In this document: in pieces, positions 1-9,114 of the stretch | Layout: the number at the start of each line of letters is the position of its first letter | Numbering within the stretch: position 1 is the stretch's first letter | IMG/VR virus record: IMGVR_UViG_3300043449_000492 | Coordinates: 105,070-169,069 of that record | DNA length: 64,000 nucleotides | Reading direction: 5' to 3' (one strand) | DNA from: a virus | Made by a program: the position numbers and the translations under genes | The notes under the pieces: model-generated | What the model saw: only the letters and a program-made list of their open reading frames with translations | Told to the model about the DNA's origin: nothing | The model's database searches: none

Positions 1-279
1 GTGATGATGGGTGACCGCAACTTTGCAGCTGCAGCTGTATCTGAATGGCTTGATCCAGTTGGTGTTATTCTCTTTAGCACAGTAACTCTTATTGTGCTTG
101 GAGCAATTGCTTTATTTTATATTGCACATCAAGAGGACCTGGCTAGACAGACGTTCAAAGAACAATGTATAGATGCTGGAGGTGTGCCCACATATACATT
201 CGACTATGTTAAAGGTAGCCGAGATGGTTATCTATGTATCAATCCCTCCGCAATCATTAAGCTAAAGGACGAAAAGTAA
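1..279 (+). CDS. hypothetical membrane protein (start uncertain at window edge)
   Basis: ORF with one hydrophobic segment; TAATG overlap with next gene. Confidence 0.6.
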   Translation: MMMGDRNFAAAAVSEWLDPVGVILFSTVTLIVLGAIALFYIAHQEDLARQTFKEQCIDAGGVPTYTFDYVKGSRDGYLCINPSAIIKLKDEK

Positions 280-668
280 TGAACTTAGCAAATACACTTG
301 ACATTGAAGCAGAGTATAAGATTTCATATCTTTTAACCGTGCTTACTAAAAATCGTCTCAATCATATTAATGAATATGCTGAGGCTAAGAAGGGATACGA
401 TGAGGAAAAAGCTGCCAAGTTGAAGGCTCTCATGATTGCCATTCGTAAAGGTGCTGATGCAAAGATTCAGGCTGCTTACAATAGCTATTTTTCAATGAAG
501 ACGCCTATCGACGCAAAGGATATGTATGATGAATATATATCCATTCTTTCCAACTCTGCATCAGATACAGTGAAACTAAGCATTTCAGATGCCAATGCCA
601 TTATCAATGATAAGTGGTCATGGGCAACTGCTGCTAAGACAATCAATTCAACTTATTTTAAGGGTTAA
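279..668 (+). CDS. hypothetical protein
   Basis: 129 aa ORF in gene-dense + strand run. Confidence 0.7.
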   Translation: MNLANTLDIEAEYKISYLLTVLTKNRLNHINEYAEAKKGYDEEKAAKLKALMIAIRKGADAKIQAAYNSYFSMKTPIDAKDMYDEYISILSNSASDTVKLSISDANAIINDKWSWATAAKTINSTYFKG

Positions 669-672
669 TCAA

Positions 673-969
673 ATGGGTATGATTGGACATAACAGCACGA
701 CTACCTCGATTGAAGCACTCTCTCCAGAAGACAAGAAGGTTCTACGTAAGGCAATCATGGAGCTAAATGATTCCATGACACGCACAGGAGCAGAACGTGA
801 CTTGCAAAAAGAGATTATCAACGAGACATATGATAAGCTAGGTGTCGATAAGAAGATGATTCGACGCATGGCAAAGGCTTACTTCAAGGCTAACTTCAAC
901 GATGAAGTGGAAGAGAATAATCAGTTTGAAACCTTCTATGATGAGATTCTTCGGAAGACAATGCCGTGA
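673..969 (+). CDS. dsbA: T4 DsbA-like dsDNA-binding protein
   Basis: AERDLQKEI..LGVDKKMIRRMAKAYFKANF..EE pattern; start moved to ATG 673. Confidence 0.65.
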   Translation: MGMIGHNSTTTSIEALSPEDKKVLRKAIMELNDSMTRTGAERDLQKEIINETYDKLGVDKKMIRRMAKAYFKANFNDEVEENNQFETFYDEILRKTMP

Positions 970-1202
970 CGTATATCATTCATATCAATAGGAACATCAT
1001 TCAAAAGAATGCGAGAAGAGGTGAAACCAATCCTGTCTGTCGTGTTCAGAATGGCAATGATGTTCGCTATTGTATGGAGGTAGAAATCAAAGGACCTTCT
1101 CGAATGGTCTATCGTCCAGACAATCCACGGCCTTGCGGAGCAAAGTTGTGGATTGAAACAGATAGTGAAGTGGAACTGATAGGTGAAGAATGGCAGAATT
1201 AA
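966..1202 (+). CDS. conserved phage hypothetical protein
   Basis: IHINRNII...YRPDNPRPCGAKLWIET; GTGA overlap. Confidence 0.7.
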   Translation: MTYIIHINRNIIQKNARRGETNPVCRVQNGNDVRYCMEVEIKGPSRMVYRPDNPRPCGAKLWIETDSEVELIGEEWQN

Positions 1203-1351
1203 TATTTGAGATACTGGCATCAATCAATGGTGTAATGGGTATTGGGTACTGGATAGCAGATCATGACGATATCATGCACTGGTTGTTTTTCCTAATCTTG
1301 TGTGTTATAATGTATATCAATGCGGCACGTTATGGAAAAGGTGAAGAATGA
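1190..1351 (+). CDS. small membrane protein (53 aa, not in ORF track)
   Basis: MAELIFEILASINGVMGIGYW...HWLFFLILCVIMYI; fills the gap, ATGA overlap with gene 44. Confidence 0.55.
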   Translation: MAELIFEILASINGVMGIGYWIADHDDIMHWLFFLILCVIMYINAARYGKGEE

Positions 1352-2286
1352 GTGAAGAATTTTTGTGGGTAGAGAAGTATCGTCCTCATACAATCGAGGA
1401 CTGTATTCTCCCCGACCGTATCAAGAAAGCTTTTCAAGAATACGTTAATGGCGGAGATATTCCAAATCTTCTCCTGTCGGGACCAGCTGGCTGTGGTAAG
1501 ACTACAGCAGCTATGGCTATGTGTGACGAAATTGGTTGTAACTATCTTTTCATTAACTCCTCAGAAGAGAGAGGCATTGACGTTCTAAGAACTAAGGTTG
1601 TTGGATATGCGTCAACTGTTTCTCTCACTGGTGGACGTAAGGTCATCATTCTAGATGAGGCCGACGGTCTCACTCCAGACACGCAAGATGCCCTTCGTGG
1701 TGTTATTGAAAAGTTCTCCTCTAACTGTTCATTTATCTTTACTTGCAACTTCAAGGCTAAGATCAAGGACGCTATTCATTCACGCTGTTCCGTCGTTGAC
1801 TTTACATTGAAATCAGGAGAGAAGCCTACTATGGCTTCTAAGATGTATAAGAGACTGGAACAAATTCTAACTAAAGAAAGTGTGACATATGATAAGCAAG
1901 TATTGGCAAAAGTTGTCGAGAAATATTTTCCAGATTATCGTAGGACTCTTAACGAGCTACAACGGTATTCTGTTTCTGGAAGCATTGATGCTACTATTGC
2001 TCCTCAACTTGATAGCGTTCGCAGCCTCAGCGAGCTAATCAAAGCACTTAAGGACAAAGACTTTTCTGCTATGCGTAAGTGGGTTGTTCTTAACTCTGAC
2101 ATTGATGCAAGCCGCATCTATCGTTCAGTGTATGATAATCTGTATGAATATCTTAAGCCAGAGACGATTCCAGTTGCTGTCGTCACTCTAGCAAAGTATC
2201 AGTATCAAGCAGCATTCGTAGCAGATCAAGAGCTTAATCTTGTCGCTGCACTAACTGAAATCATGATTGAGTGTGAGGTTAAGTAA
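1348..2286 (+). CDS. 44: clamp loader large subunit (AAA+)
   Basis: LWVEKYRP, GPAGCGKT, DEAD, SRC motifs. Confidence 0.97.
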   Translation: MSEEFLWVEKYRPHTIEDCILPDRIKKAFQEYVNGGDIPNLLLSGPAGCGKTTAAMAMCDEIGCNYLFINSSEERGIDVLRTKVVGYASTVSLTGGRKVIILDEADGLTPDTQDALRGVIEKFSSNCSFIFTCNFKAKIKDAIHSRCSVVDFTLKSGEKPTMASKMYKRLEQILTKESVTYDKQVLAKVVEKYFPDYRRTLNELQRYSVSGSIDATIAPQLDSVRSLSELIKALKDKDFSAMRKWVVLNSDIDASRIYRSVYDNLYEYLKPETIPVAVVTLAKYQYQAAFVADQELNLVAALTEIMIECEVK

Positions 2287-2287
2287 T

Positions 2288-2746
2288 ATGAGCCTATTTC
2301 CTGAACTTGATGAAGATGATATTGTATATGCTATGGGAAAGTTTGCAAACATGACTAGCACAGGTAAAACTTTTGAAAAGAAGATTGCTGAACATCTAAG
2401 AAACAAGTATCCTAACAATGCTATTAGGGAACAAGTTAAAGCTGGAAAGCATATTGGTAGTAACAAGAAAAATTATGTTGTTGACATTTTGTTCAATCAT
2501 GATACACTAGTATCCGCTAAGTTTCAGGGAACTGGCGGAACTGCAGAACAGAAGATTATGTTTGAAATGAATACACTTCAGAAGTTGTGTGATAAGGATG
2601 GATATAAGAAAGCCTATCTTGTCTATGATGGAGCAGGTCTAACTATGACTGAACAGTATAAGTCGGATGAAATGAAAGAGTATGTTCGTGCGCCGTCTGT
2701 GATATTTGTATCGTTCGATGAATTTAAGGAAATGAATATTGCTTAA
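2288..2746 (+). CDS. PD-(D/E)XK-family nuclease, putative restriction endonuclease
   Basis: GKTFE...VVDILF...SAKFQGTGGTAEQKI; adjacent to a Dam-family methylase. Confidence 0.6.
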   Translation: MSLFPELDEDDIVYAMGKFANMTSTGKTFEKKIAEHLRNKYPNNAIREQVKAGKHIGSNKKNYVVDILFNHDTLVSAKFQGTGGTAEQKIMFEMNTLQKLCDKDGYKKAYLVYDGAGLTMTEQYKSDEMKEYVRAPSVIFVSFDEFKEMNIA

Positions 2747-3590
2747 CTCTCCTCTAAAGTGGGTCGGTGGTAAACAGTCTATTCTATCTGCCATACTACC
2801 TTACATAGAAAGTCCAAACACCTTTGTGGAACCTTTTATAGGTTCTGCAACTGTGTCTCTTAATGTCAATGCCAATAGATATCTAATCAATGACATGAAC
2901 TACGATTTGATTAATCTATATCAACATGTAATCAATAACTGTAATCAAATCGTGGAGTTATCTAAGCCATACTTTGAAAATATGACAAGTGAAAGATACT
3001 ATGATATTAGAGATAGATTCAATTCTTTACAATCAAACTGTATTGAAAGAGCTGCTTTGTTTTTGGTTCTGAATAAATTTGCATTCAATGGAGTATGTCG
3101 TTACAACTCTAAAGGTTTGTTCAATGTACCTTACTGCAAACGAAGCACGGCAGGTTTTCCTTTAAATGAACTAATATCCTTTAGTAAACATTTTGGTAGC
3201 AAAGAACATCAACTTTTTCATGGAGACTTTTCTAATGCTATGTTATATGCTAACTTGATAGAAGGTGATGTTGTCTATTTTGATCCGCCTTATCTCCCTT
3301 CGGACGACTTTGAAAGCAACTTTACAAAATATACCAAAGAAAATTTCGAAACACAGCAACATCAACAAATAGTCGATTTGTGTCTAGAGCTAAACACTAG
3401 AGGTGTTGTTTGTTTGGTTTCTAATCATATGACTGCTCAAACAGAACAGCTTTATAGCGAATGTGATAAAATAGTTGTTATACCCAAAAAGAGATTACTG
3501 GCTGCTAACAAGAAAAATAGAAAAGAGATTAACGAGATTCTGGCTATATACGGTAACGTCAAAGTGAGTGGAACCCTATTCGATGACTGA
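2739..3590 (+). CDS. dam: Dam-family DNA adenine methyltransferase
   Basis: LKWVGGK, EPFIGS, FNGVCRYN..G.FNVP, DPPY. Confidence 0.93.
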   Translation: MLNSPLKWVGGKQSILSAILPYIESPNTFVEPFIGSATVSLNVNANRYLINDMNYDLINLYQHVINNCNQIVELSKPYFENMTSERYYDIRDRFNSLQSNCIERAALFLVLNKFAFNGVCRYNSKGLFNVPYCKRSTAGFPLNELISFSKHFGSKEHQLFHGDFSNAMLYANLIEGDVVYFDPPYLPSDDFESNFTKYTKENFETQQHQQIVDLCLELNTRGVVCLVSNHMTAQTEQLYSECDKIVVIPKKRLLAANKKNRKEINEILAIYGNVKVSGTLFDD

Positions 3591-4008
3591 CTTATTCAAG
3601 GACATTATTCCATCTATTCTTCAAAACAAGAAGGACTTCTCGAAGGATGAAAACTTTGAGAAGTCTTTTCCTGCGTTTGTGGTCAATCGTGCTTTGTCGT
3701 TTCATTATGACTGCATTCTGCAGGTAAATGAAATGAATCGTTTTCCAAATCTGCCTGGTACTATGCAATATCACTTCCTACTAAATAGTATTCGTGGATA
3801 TAAGCGTCCATTTAGAAAATGGGAAAAGCGGGAAACCATTGAAGACTTAGAAGCCGTCAAAGAGTATTACAACTATTCTAACGAGAAGGCTAAAGAAGCA
3901 TTGGTTCTGTTAAACGCTACCCAGCTAGAAGTAATAAGAAAAGAACTTAGTAAAGGTGGCATAAATGACAGCAAACCTAGAAGACTTCGTGGAAGTAAAG
4001 CTTCCTGA
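3583..4008 (+). CDS. 62: clamp loader small subunit
   Basis: FVVNRALS, QYHFLLNSIR, VKEYYNYSNEKAKEAL; lies between 44 and regA. Confidence 0.93.
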   Translation: MTDLFKDIIPSILQNKKDFSKDENFEKSFPAFVVNRALSFHYDCILQVNEMNRFPNLPGTMQYHFLLNSIRGYKRPFRKWEKRETIEDLEAVKEYYNYSNEKAKEALVLLNATQLEVIRKELSKGGINDSKPRRLRGSKAS

Positions 4009-4378
4009 TCCTCAAGCCTTCTTGAAAGTGAAGGAGACATTGACTCGTATCGGTGTTGCATCTAAGAAAGATAAAACACTCTATCAGTCATGTCATATAT
4101 TACATAAGCAAGGACATTATTATCTTGTGCATTTTAAAGAAATGTTCATGCTCGATGGAAAGTCTACAGACTTTTCGGAAGAAGATCGTGGTAGACGTAA
4201 CACCATTGCTAATCTATTAGCTGAATGGGAACTTGTTACTCTCGTTGATGCTGACAAGAGCAAAGAACCTCTAACTCCTCTAAACAGAATCAAGATCATT
4301 TCATATACAGAAAAGCCAGAGTGGAACTTGGTAGCCAAGTATTCACTAGGCAAAAAGAGATACAACGAAGACGAATAA
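3965..4378 (+). CDS. regA: translational repressor RegA
   Basis: FLKVKETLTRIG...LYQSCHILHKQG.YY.VHFKEM. Confidence 0.97.
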   Translation: MTANLEDFVEVKLPDPQAFLKVKETLTRIGVASKKDKTLYQSCHILHKQGHYYLVHFKEMFMLDGKSTDFSEEDRGRRNTIANLLAEWELVTLVDADKSKEPLTPLNRIKIISYTEKPEWNLVAKYSLGKKRYNEDE

Positions 4379-4394
4379 CATTGGAGAATATATT

Positions 4395-5015
4395 ATGCCT
4401 ACATTGAAATTTTGGAGAGTGCATACCGACGTTCAACTTCCAAAGCATCAGACAGATGGTTCTGCTTGCTTCGATCTTGCATTTCAAGGACACGGTAAGG
4501 GAAACGTAAAGGGCTTCACTCGTATGAATAAGCCTATTGAACGGGTCATGCGTGGATCGATTACAGTCTCCCCAGGGGATCGTATGCTTATTCCAACCGG
4601 TCTAGTTATGGATATTCCTCATGGTTATTCAGTTAGACTCCATGCTCGTTCTGGAACATCACTTAAGCAAGGTCTAGTGCTTGCTAATGCTGAAGGCGTA
4701 ATCGATTCAGATTACGTTGAAGAGGTTTTTATTCTTCTTTACAATATGTCAGAGAATGCTCATACAATTAACTTTGGTGATCGGATCGCTCAGGCAGAAC
4801 TTGTTAAGAATGAAGAATATGATATCGAAGAAACAGCTACAAGACCTAGCGTCAAGTCAAGTCGTGCTGGTGGAATGGGTTCGACAGGAGTGTCAGAATC
4901 TGGTAATCTTCTAACGATTACTGTGCCAGACGAAGACATTATGGTTGAAAGCTTTCAACCTGTAGAAAAACGTGGTAGAGGGAGACCGAAGAAGAATGCC
5001 GGGAGTATTTCGTAA
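4395..5015 (+). CDS. dut: dUTPase with C-terminal extension
   Basis: SACFDL, ARSG, GVIDSDY, GDRIAQ, RAGGMGSTG motifs. Confidence 0.95.
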   Translation: MPTLKFWRVHTDVQLPKHQTDGSACFDLAFQGHGKGNVKGFTRMNKPIERVMRGSITVSPGDRMLIPTGLVMDIPHGYSVRLHARSGTSLKQGLVLANAEGVIDSDYVEEVFILLYNMSENAHTINFGDRIAQAELVKNEEYDIEETATRPSVKSSRAGGMGSTGVSESGNLLTITVPDEDIMVESFQPVEKRGRGRPKKNAGSIS

Positions 5016-5541
5016 TCTAGATCCTAGATTCTGTGGGGCTATAACTCAAGTCATAGGACAGCAAAAGCTTTTCATTAATAATGTCCTTGCTGCTGTAGAA
5101 GGAGATATAAACTCACATAATGGTCTAGGAGCTTTAATCTCGCAATCACCAGGAACAATTATCGTTCAGGGTAAGAAGATGATTGTATCTATGATGGACG
5201 GATCTGCTCCAGATCAGCTTGGAATCATAACACATGTTACTAATCTACCAACTCCAGCACAAGGTTCACAAAATTGCTTTGCATATGGTGGAGCGGGATC
5301 ATTTGGTGGTGGTCTAGGCATACCAGGATTGTCTGGGTTTCCTGGTATAGGTGAGATTATGCAACTAGGTTCGCAAGCTGTAGGACAAGTATCTAAGTCC
5401 GTCAATCAAGGTGGAGGAAGCGGCTTGCTTACCATGAATAATATGACTCCACAAACCCAATCATTGTTGACAGCCGGCTCAACTGTTGTAAGTGCTAATA
5501 CAGGAAAAACATTTACATTTTCCTCATTTATTTCTGGTTGA
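4996..5541 (+). CDS. PAAR-like protein with Gly-rich linker and C-terminal extension
   Basis: R..D.R.CGA, FINN..AAVEGD..SH, GSQNCFA resemble PAAR repeats. Confidence 0.55.
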   Translation: MPGVFRNLDPRFCGAITQVIGQQKLFINNVLAAVEGDINSHNGLGALISQSPGTIIVQGKKMIVSMMDGSAPDQLGIITHVTNLPTPAQGSQNCFAYGGAGSFGGGLGIPGLSGFPGIGEIMQLGSQAVGQVSKSVNQGGGSGLLTMNNMTPQTQSLLTAGSTVVSANTGKTFTFSSFISG

Positions 5542-5566
5542 CATATGTGAAAGTTTACTATATAAT
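5538..5566 (+). promoter_or_regulatory. sigma70-type promoter of hsp20
   Basis: TTGACA-N17-TATAAT. Confidence 0.85.
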
Positions 5567-5570
5567 AACA

Positions 5571-5626
5571 GACGATACCAAGAGGTGTCGTTCCTTATTT
5601 CTCGCTAACTATAGGAGAACAACATG
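5571..5626 (+). promoter_or_regulatory. ROSE-like RNA thermometer in hsp20 5' UTR
   Basis: 5' hairpin 5571-5592, then TTCTC-G-CT/AG-GAGAA hairpin with bulged G over the SD. Confidence 0.65.
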
Positions 5627-6169
5627 GGTAATAATAAGTCTACAGATAAGTTCTGGTTTGATCCTTTCTCTTTTTCCAATGACATTTCAAAGGGCGCTAT
5701 CGGCTTTGAACATGTGCTACAAAGATTGGCAGAAGCGAATGAGTATCTTCCAAAGATTCCAGCATATCCTCCTTACAATGTAAAGAAAGTGGATGACGAG
5801 CATTTCGTCATTGAAATGGCTGTCGCTGGTTTTGGCAAGCATAATCTTGATATCGAACTAAAGAACGATGTGTTAACTATCTCTGGCAATACCGAAACCG
5901 AAGAAGGCGATTACCTTCATAAGGGTATTGCAAACAGAGCATTCACTCGGAAGTTTACCATCGCTGATACAGTGGAGGTTAAGAATGCAGAACTTGTTAA
6001 CGGTATGCTCAAAATCTTTCTTGAACGCTTTGTCCCCGAGGAGAAGAAAGCGAAGAAGATCGATATCCTGGATCCATTCGGCTTTCAGGAAACGACGAAG
6101 CAACTGTTAACAGAGAGTGCTAAAGTATGGTCCGATCTTGTCGGCGTGAAAAAAGAAGAAACTAAATAA
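5624..6169 (+). CDS. small heat shock protein Hsp20 (IbpA-like)
   Basis: YPPYNV, IEMAVAGF, YLHKGIANRAFTRKF, AEL.NGML. Confidence 0.95.
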   Translation: MGNNKSTDKFWFDPFSFSNDISKGAIGFEHVLQRLAEANEYLPKIPAYPPYNVKKVDDEHFVIEMAVAGFGKHNLDIELKNDVLTISGNTETEEGDYLHKGIANRAFTRKFTIADTVEVKNAELVNGMLKIFLERFVPEEKKAKKIDILDPFGFQETTKQLLTESAKVWSDLVGVKKEETK

Positions 6170-6178
6170 GATTGACAT

Positions 6179-6219
6179 GGCTGGGGCCTCTGTTGAAAGA
6201 CACGCCCCAGTCTTCATTT
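6179..6219 (+). terminator. probable intrinsic terminator
   Basis: GGCTGGGGC...GCCCCAGTC stem after hsp20 stop, followed by T-rich bases. Confidence 0.55.
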
Positions 6220-6235
6220 CATAATGGAGTATAAA

Positions 6236-6817
6236 ATGCAATACACTTTTGTTGATGGTCCCCTCGGTGAAGATTACGAATCCCCTCCAGTTCATGTCTC
6301 AGAAGAAAATCTAAGAAAGTATGGAACAGGTAATGTGTTTGTTGAAACAGGCACGTATCTTGGCGAAACTGTAGATTTGGTTCTTAAGACAAAGCTATTC
6401 AAGACCATTCATACAATCGAACTAAATGATACGCTTTATAATGACGCAGTTGCAAAGTATAAGAATGAAAAGATCGTCAAGCTATGGCATGGTGACTCTA
6501 TTGATTCTCTCAAGGATATTGTATCAAAGCTAAAAGAGCCTGCAACATTCTGGCTAGATGCTCATGCGTCTGGAGAACTTGTTGGTGGTAAGTCTGGCGG
6601 TTCTCCTGTTCTCGATGAGCTAGACATTATTGCTTCTTCTCCAATCAAGACACATACAATCATTATTGACGATTGCCGCCTGTTTGGTTCTGCTGAATGG
6701 TCCTTTGTCAAGAAGGAAGATGCAATTGAACGCATCATGAAGATCAATCCAGATTACAAGCTTCATTATCTTGATGGTCATATTCGCAATGACGTTCTGT
6801 GGGCAACAGTAAAGTGA
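6236..6817 (+). CDS. class I SAM-dependent methyltransferase-like protein
   Basis: FVETGTYLG, HGDS, FWLDAH, IIIDD. Confidence 0.75.
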   Translation: MQYTFVDGPLGEDYESPPVHVSEENLRKYGTGNVFVETGTYLGETVDLVLKTKLFKTIHTIELNDTLYNDAVAKYKNEKIVKLWHGDSIDSLKDIVSKLKEPATFWLDAHASGELVGGKSGGSPVLDELDIIASSPIKTHTIIIDDCRLFGSAEWSFVKKEDAIERIMKINPDYKLHYLDGHIRNDVLWATVK

Positions 6818-7545
6818 AGCTAACAATCGAAAGACCTGTTACGGTTATTACTCCTACGATTGGTAAGCCTGAACTAAAAAAGGCTATCGAATCAGTTAAG
6901 AATCAGACATACAAATGTAAACATCTTGTGATTATTGATGGACTAGAACATGCTAGAAATGTTCCTGGTTCAGATGGTGATTATTTACAAGTTTGTTATA
7001 CTCCCGAGAACACAGGAGCTAATGGTTACTACGGTCATAGAATCTATGCGGCATATCCTCATCTTGTCAATTCGGACTATGTCCTTTTTCTTGATGAAGA
7101 TAATTGGTATGAACCAAATCACGTTGAAACCCTAATCGAGACAATTGAACAGAAGAACCTAGACTTCTCATATTCGCTTCGTAAGATTTTTGATAAGAAT
7201 GAAAACTATCTTATTGACGATAACTGTGAAAGTCTAGGCAAGTGGGAAATCTTTATGTCTCGTTCTTCACCTCATGGTAAGCAGTATCTAGTTGATACAT
7301 CATCTTACTGCTTCAAGCGAGAGTTTATCCAACAGGCTTGTCATCTATGGCATTCTGGCTGGGGTGGTGACCGTCGCTTCTTTCATATTGTGAAAGATCA
7401 AGCAAAGTATGATACAAATGGACTCTACTCTCTTTGCTATCGTCTCGACGGTAATCAAGGATCTGTCACTAAAGAGTTTTTTGAATCAGGTAATAAGACA
7501 CAAGAGCAATACTTTGGAGGGAACTATCCGTGGAAAAAGACGTAA
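6814..7545 (+). CDS. glycosyltransferase family 2
   Basis: VITPT, SVKNQTY, FLDEDN. Confidence 0.85.
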   Translation: MKLTIERPVTVITPTIGKPELKKAIESVKNQTYKCKHLVIIDGLEHARNVPGSDGDYLQVCYTPENTGANGYYGHRIYAAYPHLVNSDYVLFLDEDNWYEPNHVETLIETIEQKNLDFSYSLRKIFDKNENYLIDDNCESLGKWEIFMSRSSPHGKQYLVDTSSYCFKREFIQQACHLWHSGWGGDRRFFHIVKDQAKYDTNGLYSLCYRLDGNQGSVTKEFFESGNKTQEQYFGGNYPWKKT

Positions 7546-8423
7546 TCATAGGTGGAGCATCAGGCTATACATGGGATCAACTCAAGTATTGGGTTAACTC
7601 GATTAAGAAGACAGACTTCAAAGGTGACATTGTTCTAGTCGTTACCAATATGAATAAAGAAACGATTGATAAGCTTACTGACGAAGGTGTAATGCTTTAT
7701 GCATATGGTAAGCAAGACGAAAAGGGTAACATCACTAATCAGTCTCAGAATGCCCCACATGTCGAGCGTTTCATTTTCATTTGGGACTTTCTAAGAAAGC
7801 ATAAAGACACATATCGTTATGCAATCGTAACAGATACCAGAGACGTTATCTTTCAGAAGAATCCAAGTGACTTCCTAAAGAAGAATCTTTCCGCTAATTC
7901 AATCGTTGCTTCCTCAGAAGGATTGGAATATAAGGACGAGCCTTGGGGTAATAAGAATTTGTTTGACACATTCGGTCCATTAGTATATAATGAAATGTCT
8001 GGTGAGTTGATACACAATGTAGGAACGATTGCAGGATATAGTGAAGAGGTTCGTGATCTGCTTCTACAGCTATTCTATCAGTCAGTGAATCGTCCTATTC
8101 CAATTGTTGATCAGGCAGTATATAACTTTCTAATCAATCTTTATCCTCTAAGAGGCGAAGTTCTTAGAACTACTAATAAAGAAGATTGGGCAGTTCAGCT
8201 AGGAACAACCGAAGCTGCAATCAAAGCTGGAGCTGGTGATATTGGTCAGATTATTAAAACCAATCCAGAAATGATCGAAGGATATCGTAAAGCATATCAA
8301 GACATTCAGCCAGTGATTGAAAATAATCATCTTGTAACAAACGGCAAGAATACATATCACATTGTCCATCAGTGGGATCGTGTTCCTGAGATTAAGAAAA
8401 TTGTGGAGCGTCTATATGGCTGA
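7530..8423 (+). CDS. putative GT-A glycosyltransferase
   Basis: TDTRDVIFQ.NP, NVGTI.G, DQAVYN, IVHQWDR. Confidence 0.7.
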   Translation: MEKDVIIGGASGYTWDQLKYWVNSIKKTDFKGDIVLVVTNMNKETIDKLTDEGVMLYAYGKQDEKGNITNQSQNAPHVERFIFIWDFLRKHKDTYRYAIVTDTRDVIFQKNPSDFLKKNLSANSIVASSEGLEYKDEPWGNKNLFDTFGPLVYNEMSGELIHNVGTIAGYSEEVRDLLLQLFYQSVNRPIPIVDQAVYNFLINLYPLRGEVLRTTNKEDWAVQLGTTEAAIKAGAGDIGQIIKTNPEMIEGYRKAYQDIQPVIENNHLVTNGKNTYHIVHQWDRVPEIKKIVERLYG

Positions 8424-9114
8424 TGGTATCTTTTTCATTAACAATGCTCTAAGAGCTAATAAACGCTTATCAGTCTTTAATGATGAAGAACGATATGAGC
8501 AGACTTTAGAAACATTAAAGTCTATTGATAAATATTGCCCTGATAATGTTAAGATTATCTTTGACATGTCACCTGAGCCTGTTAATGAAGAATACCTAAA
8601 GGTTATTGGAAATTGGAACAACACCTGGTTTCTTGATATGGGTCAGCATGAATATGTTAAGATGTATTCCTTGCATGGTCTTCGTTCACTAGCAGAGACA
8701 TATGCATTCATGGGTGTGCTTGATTGGTTTACTAACTCATCTATCGGTGTCAAGGCTAAGCGTATCTACAAGCTATCAGGTCGTTATCAATTGACTGATA
8801 ACTTTGTTCTAGATGCGCCTGAATATAAAGATGCTTTTGTGTTTGCAGAAGCATTAGAGTCTTGGATGGATGATAATGTTAAGAAGACCTTAGAACTTGA
8901 TCGACTTTATCGTCTTCGGCTTTGGCACATGGACTATAACTTGCTTGATACATTTCGTGAGGAACTACCCTATATATTTGCAGAATGTTCAAACAATAAC
9001 ATTGATATTGAACATGCTTATTACAAGTATCTTCATGACTATAAGGTTGTAGAAGTTCCTAAGATAGGCGTGACTGGACATATTGCACCAAGTGGAGAAT
9101 TTATTGATGAGTGA
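8416..9114 (+). CDS. hypothetical protein (glycosyltransferase-like)
   Basis: YKLSGRY motif; inside the sugar cluster. Confidence 0.6.
   Translation: MADGIFFINNALRANKRLSVFNDEERYEQTLETLKSIDKYCPDNVKIIFDMSPEPVNEEYLKVIGNWNNTWFLDMGQHEYVKMYSLHGLRSLAETYAFMGVLDWFTNSSIGVKAKRIYKLSGRYQLTDNFVLDAPEYKDAFVFAEALESWMDDNVKKTLELDRLYRLRLWHMDYNLLDTFREELPYIFAECSNNNIDIEHAYYKYLHDYKVVEVPKIGVTGHIAPSGEFIDE

Noticed and set aside
5538-5783. 81 aa ORF upstream of and overlapping hsp20
   Set aside because: Starts at the -35 box and overlaps the UTR and hsp20 out of frame.
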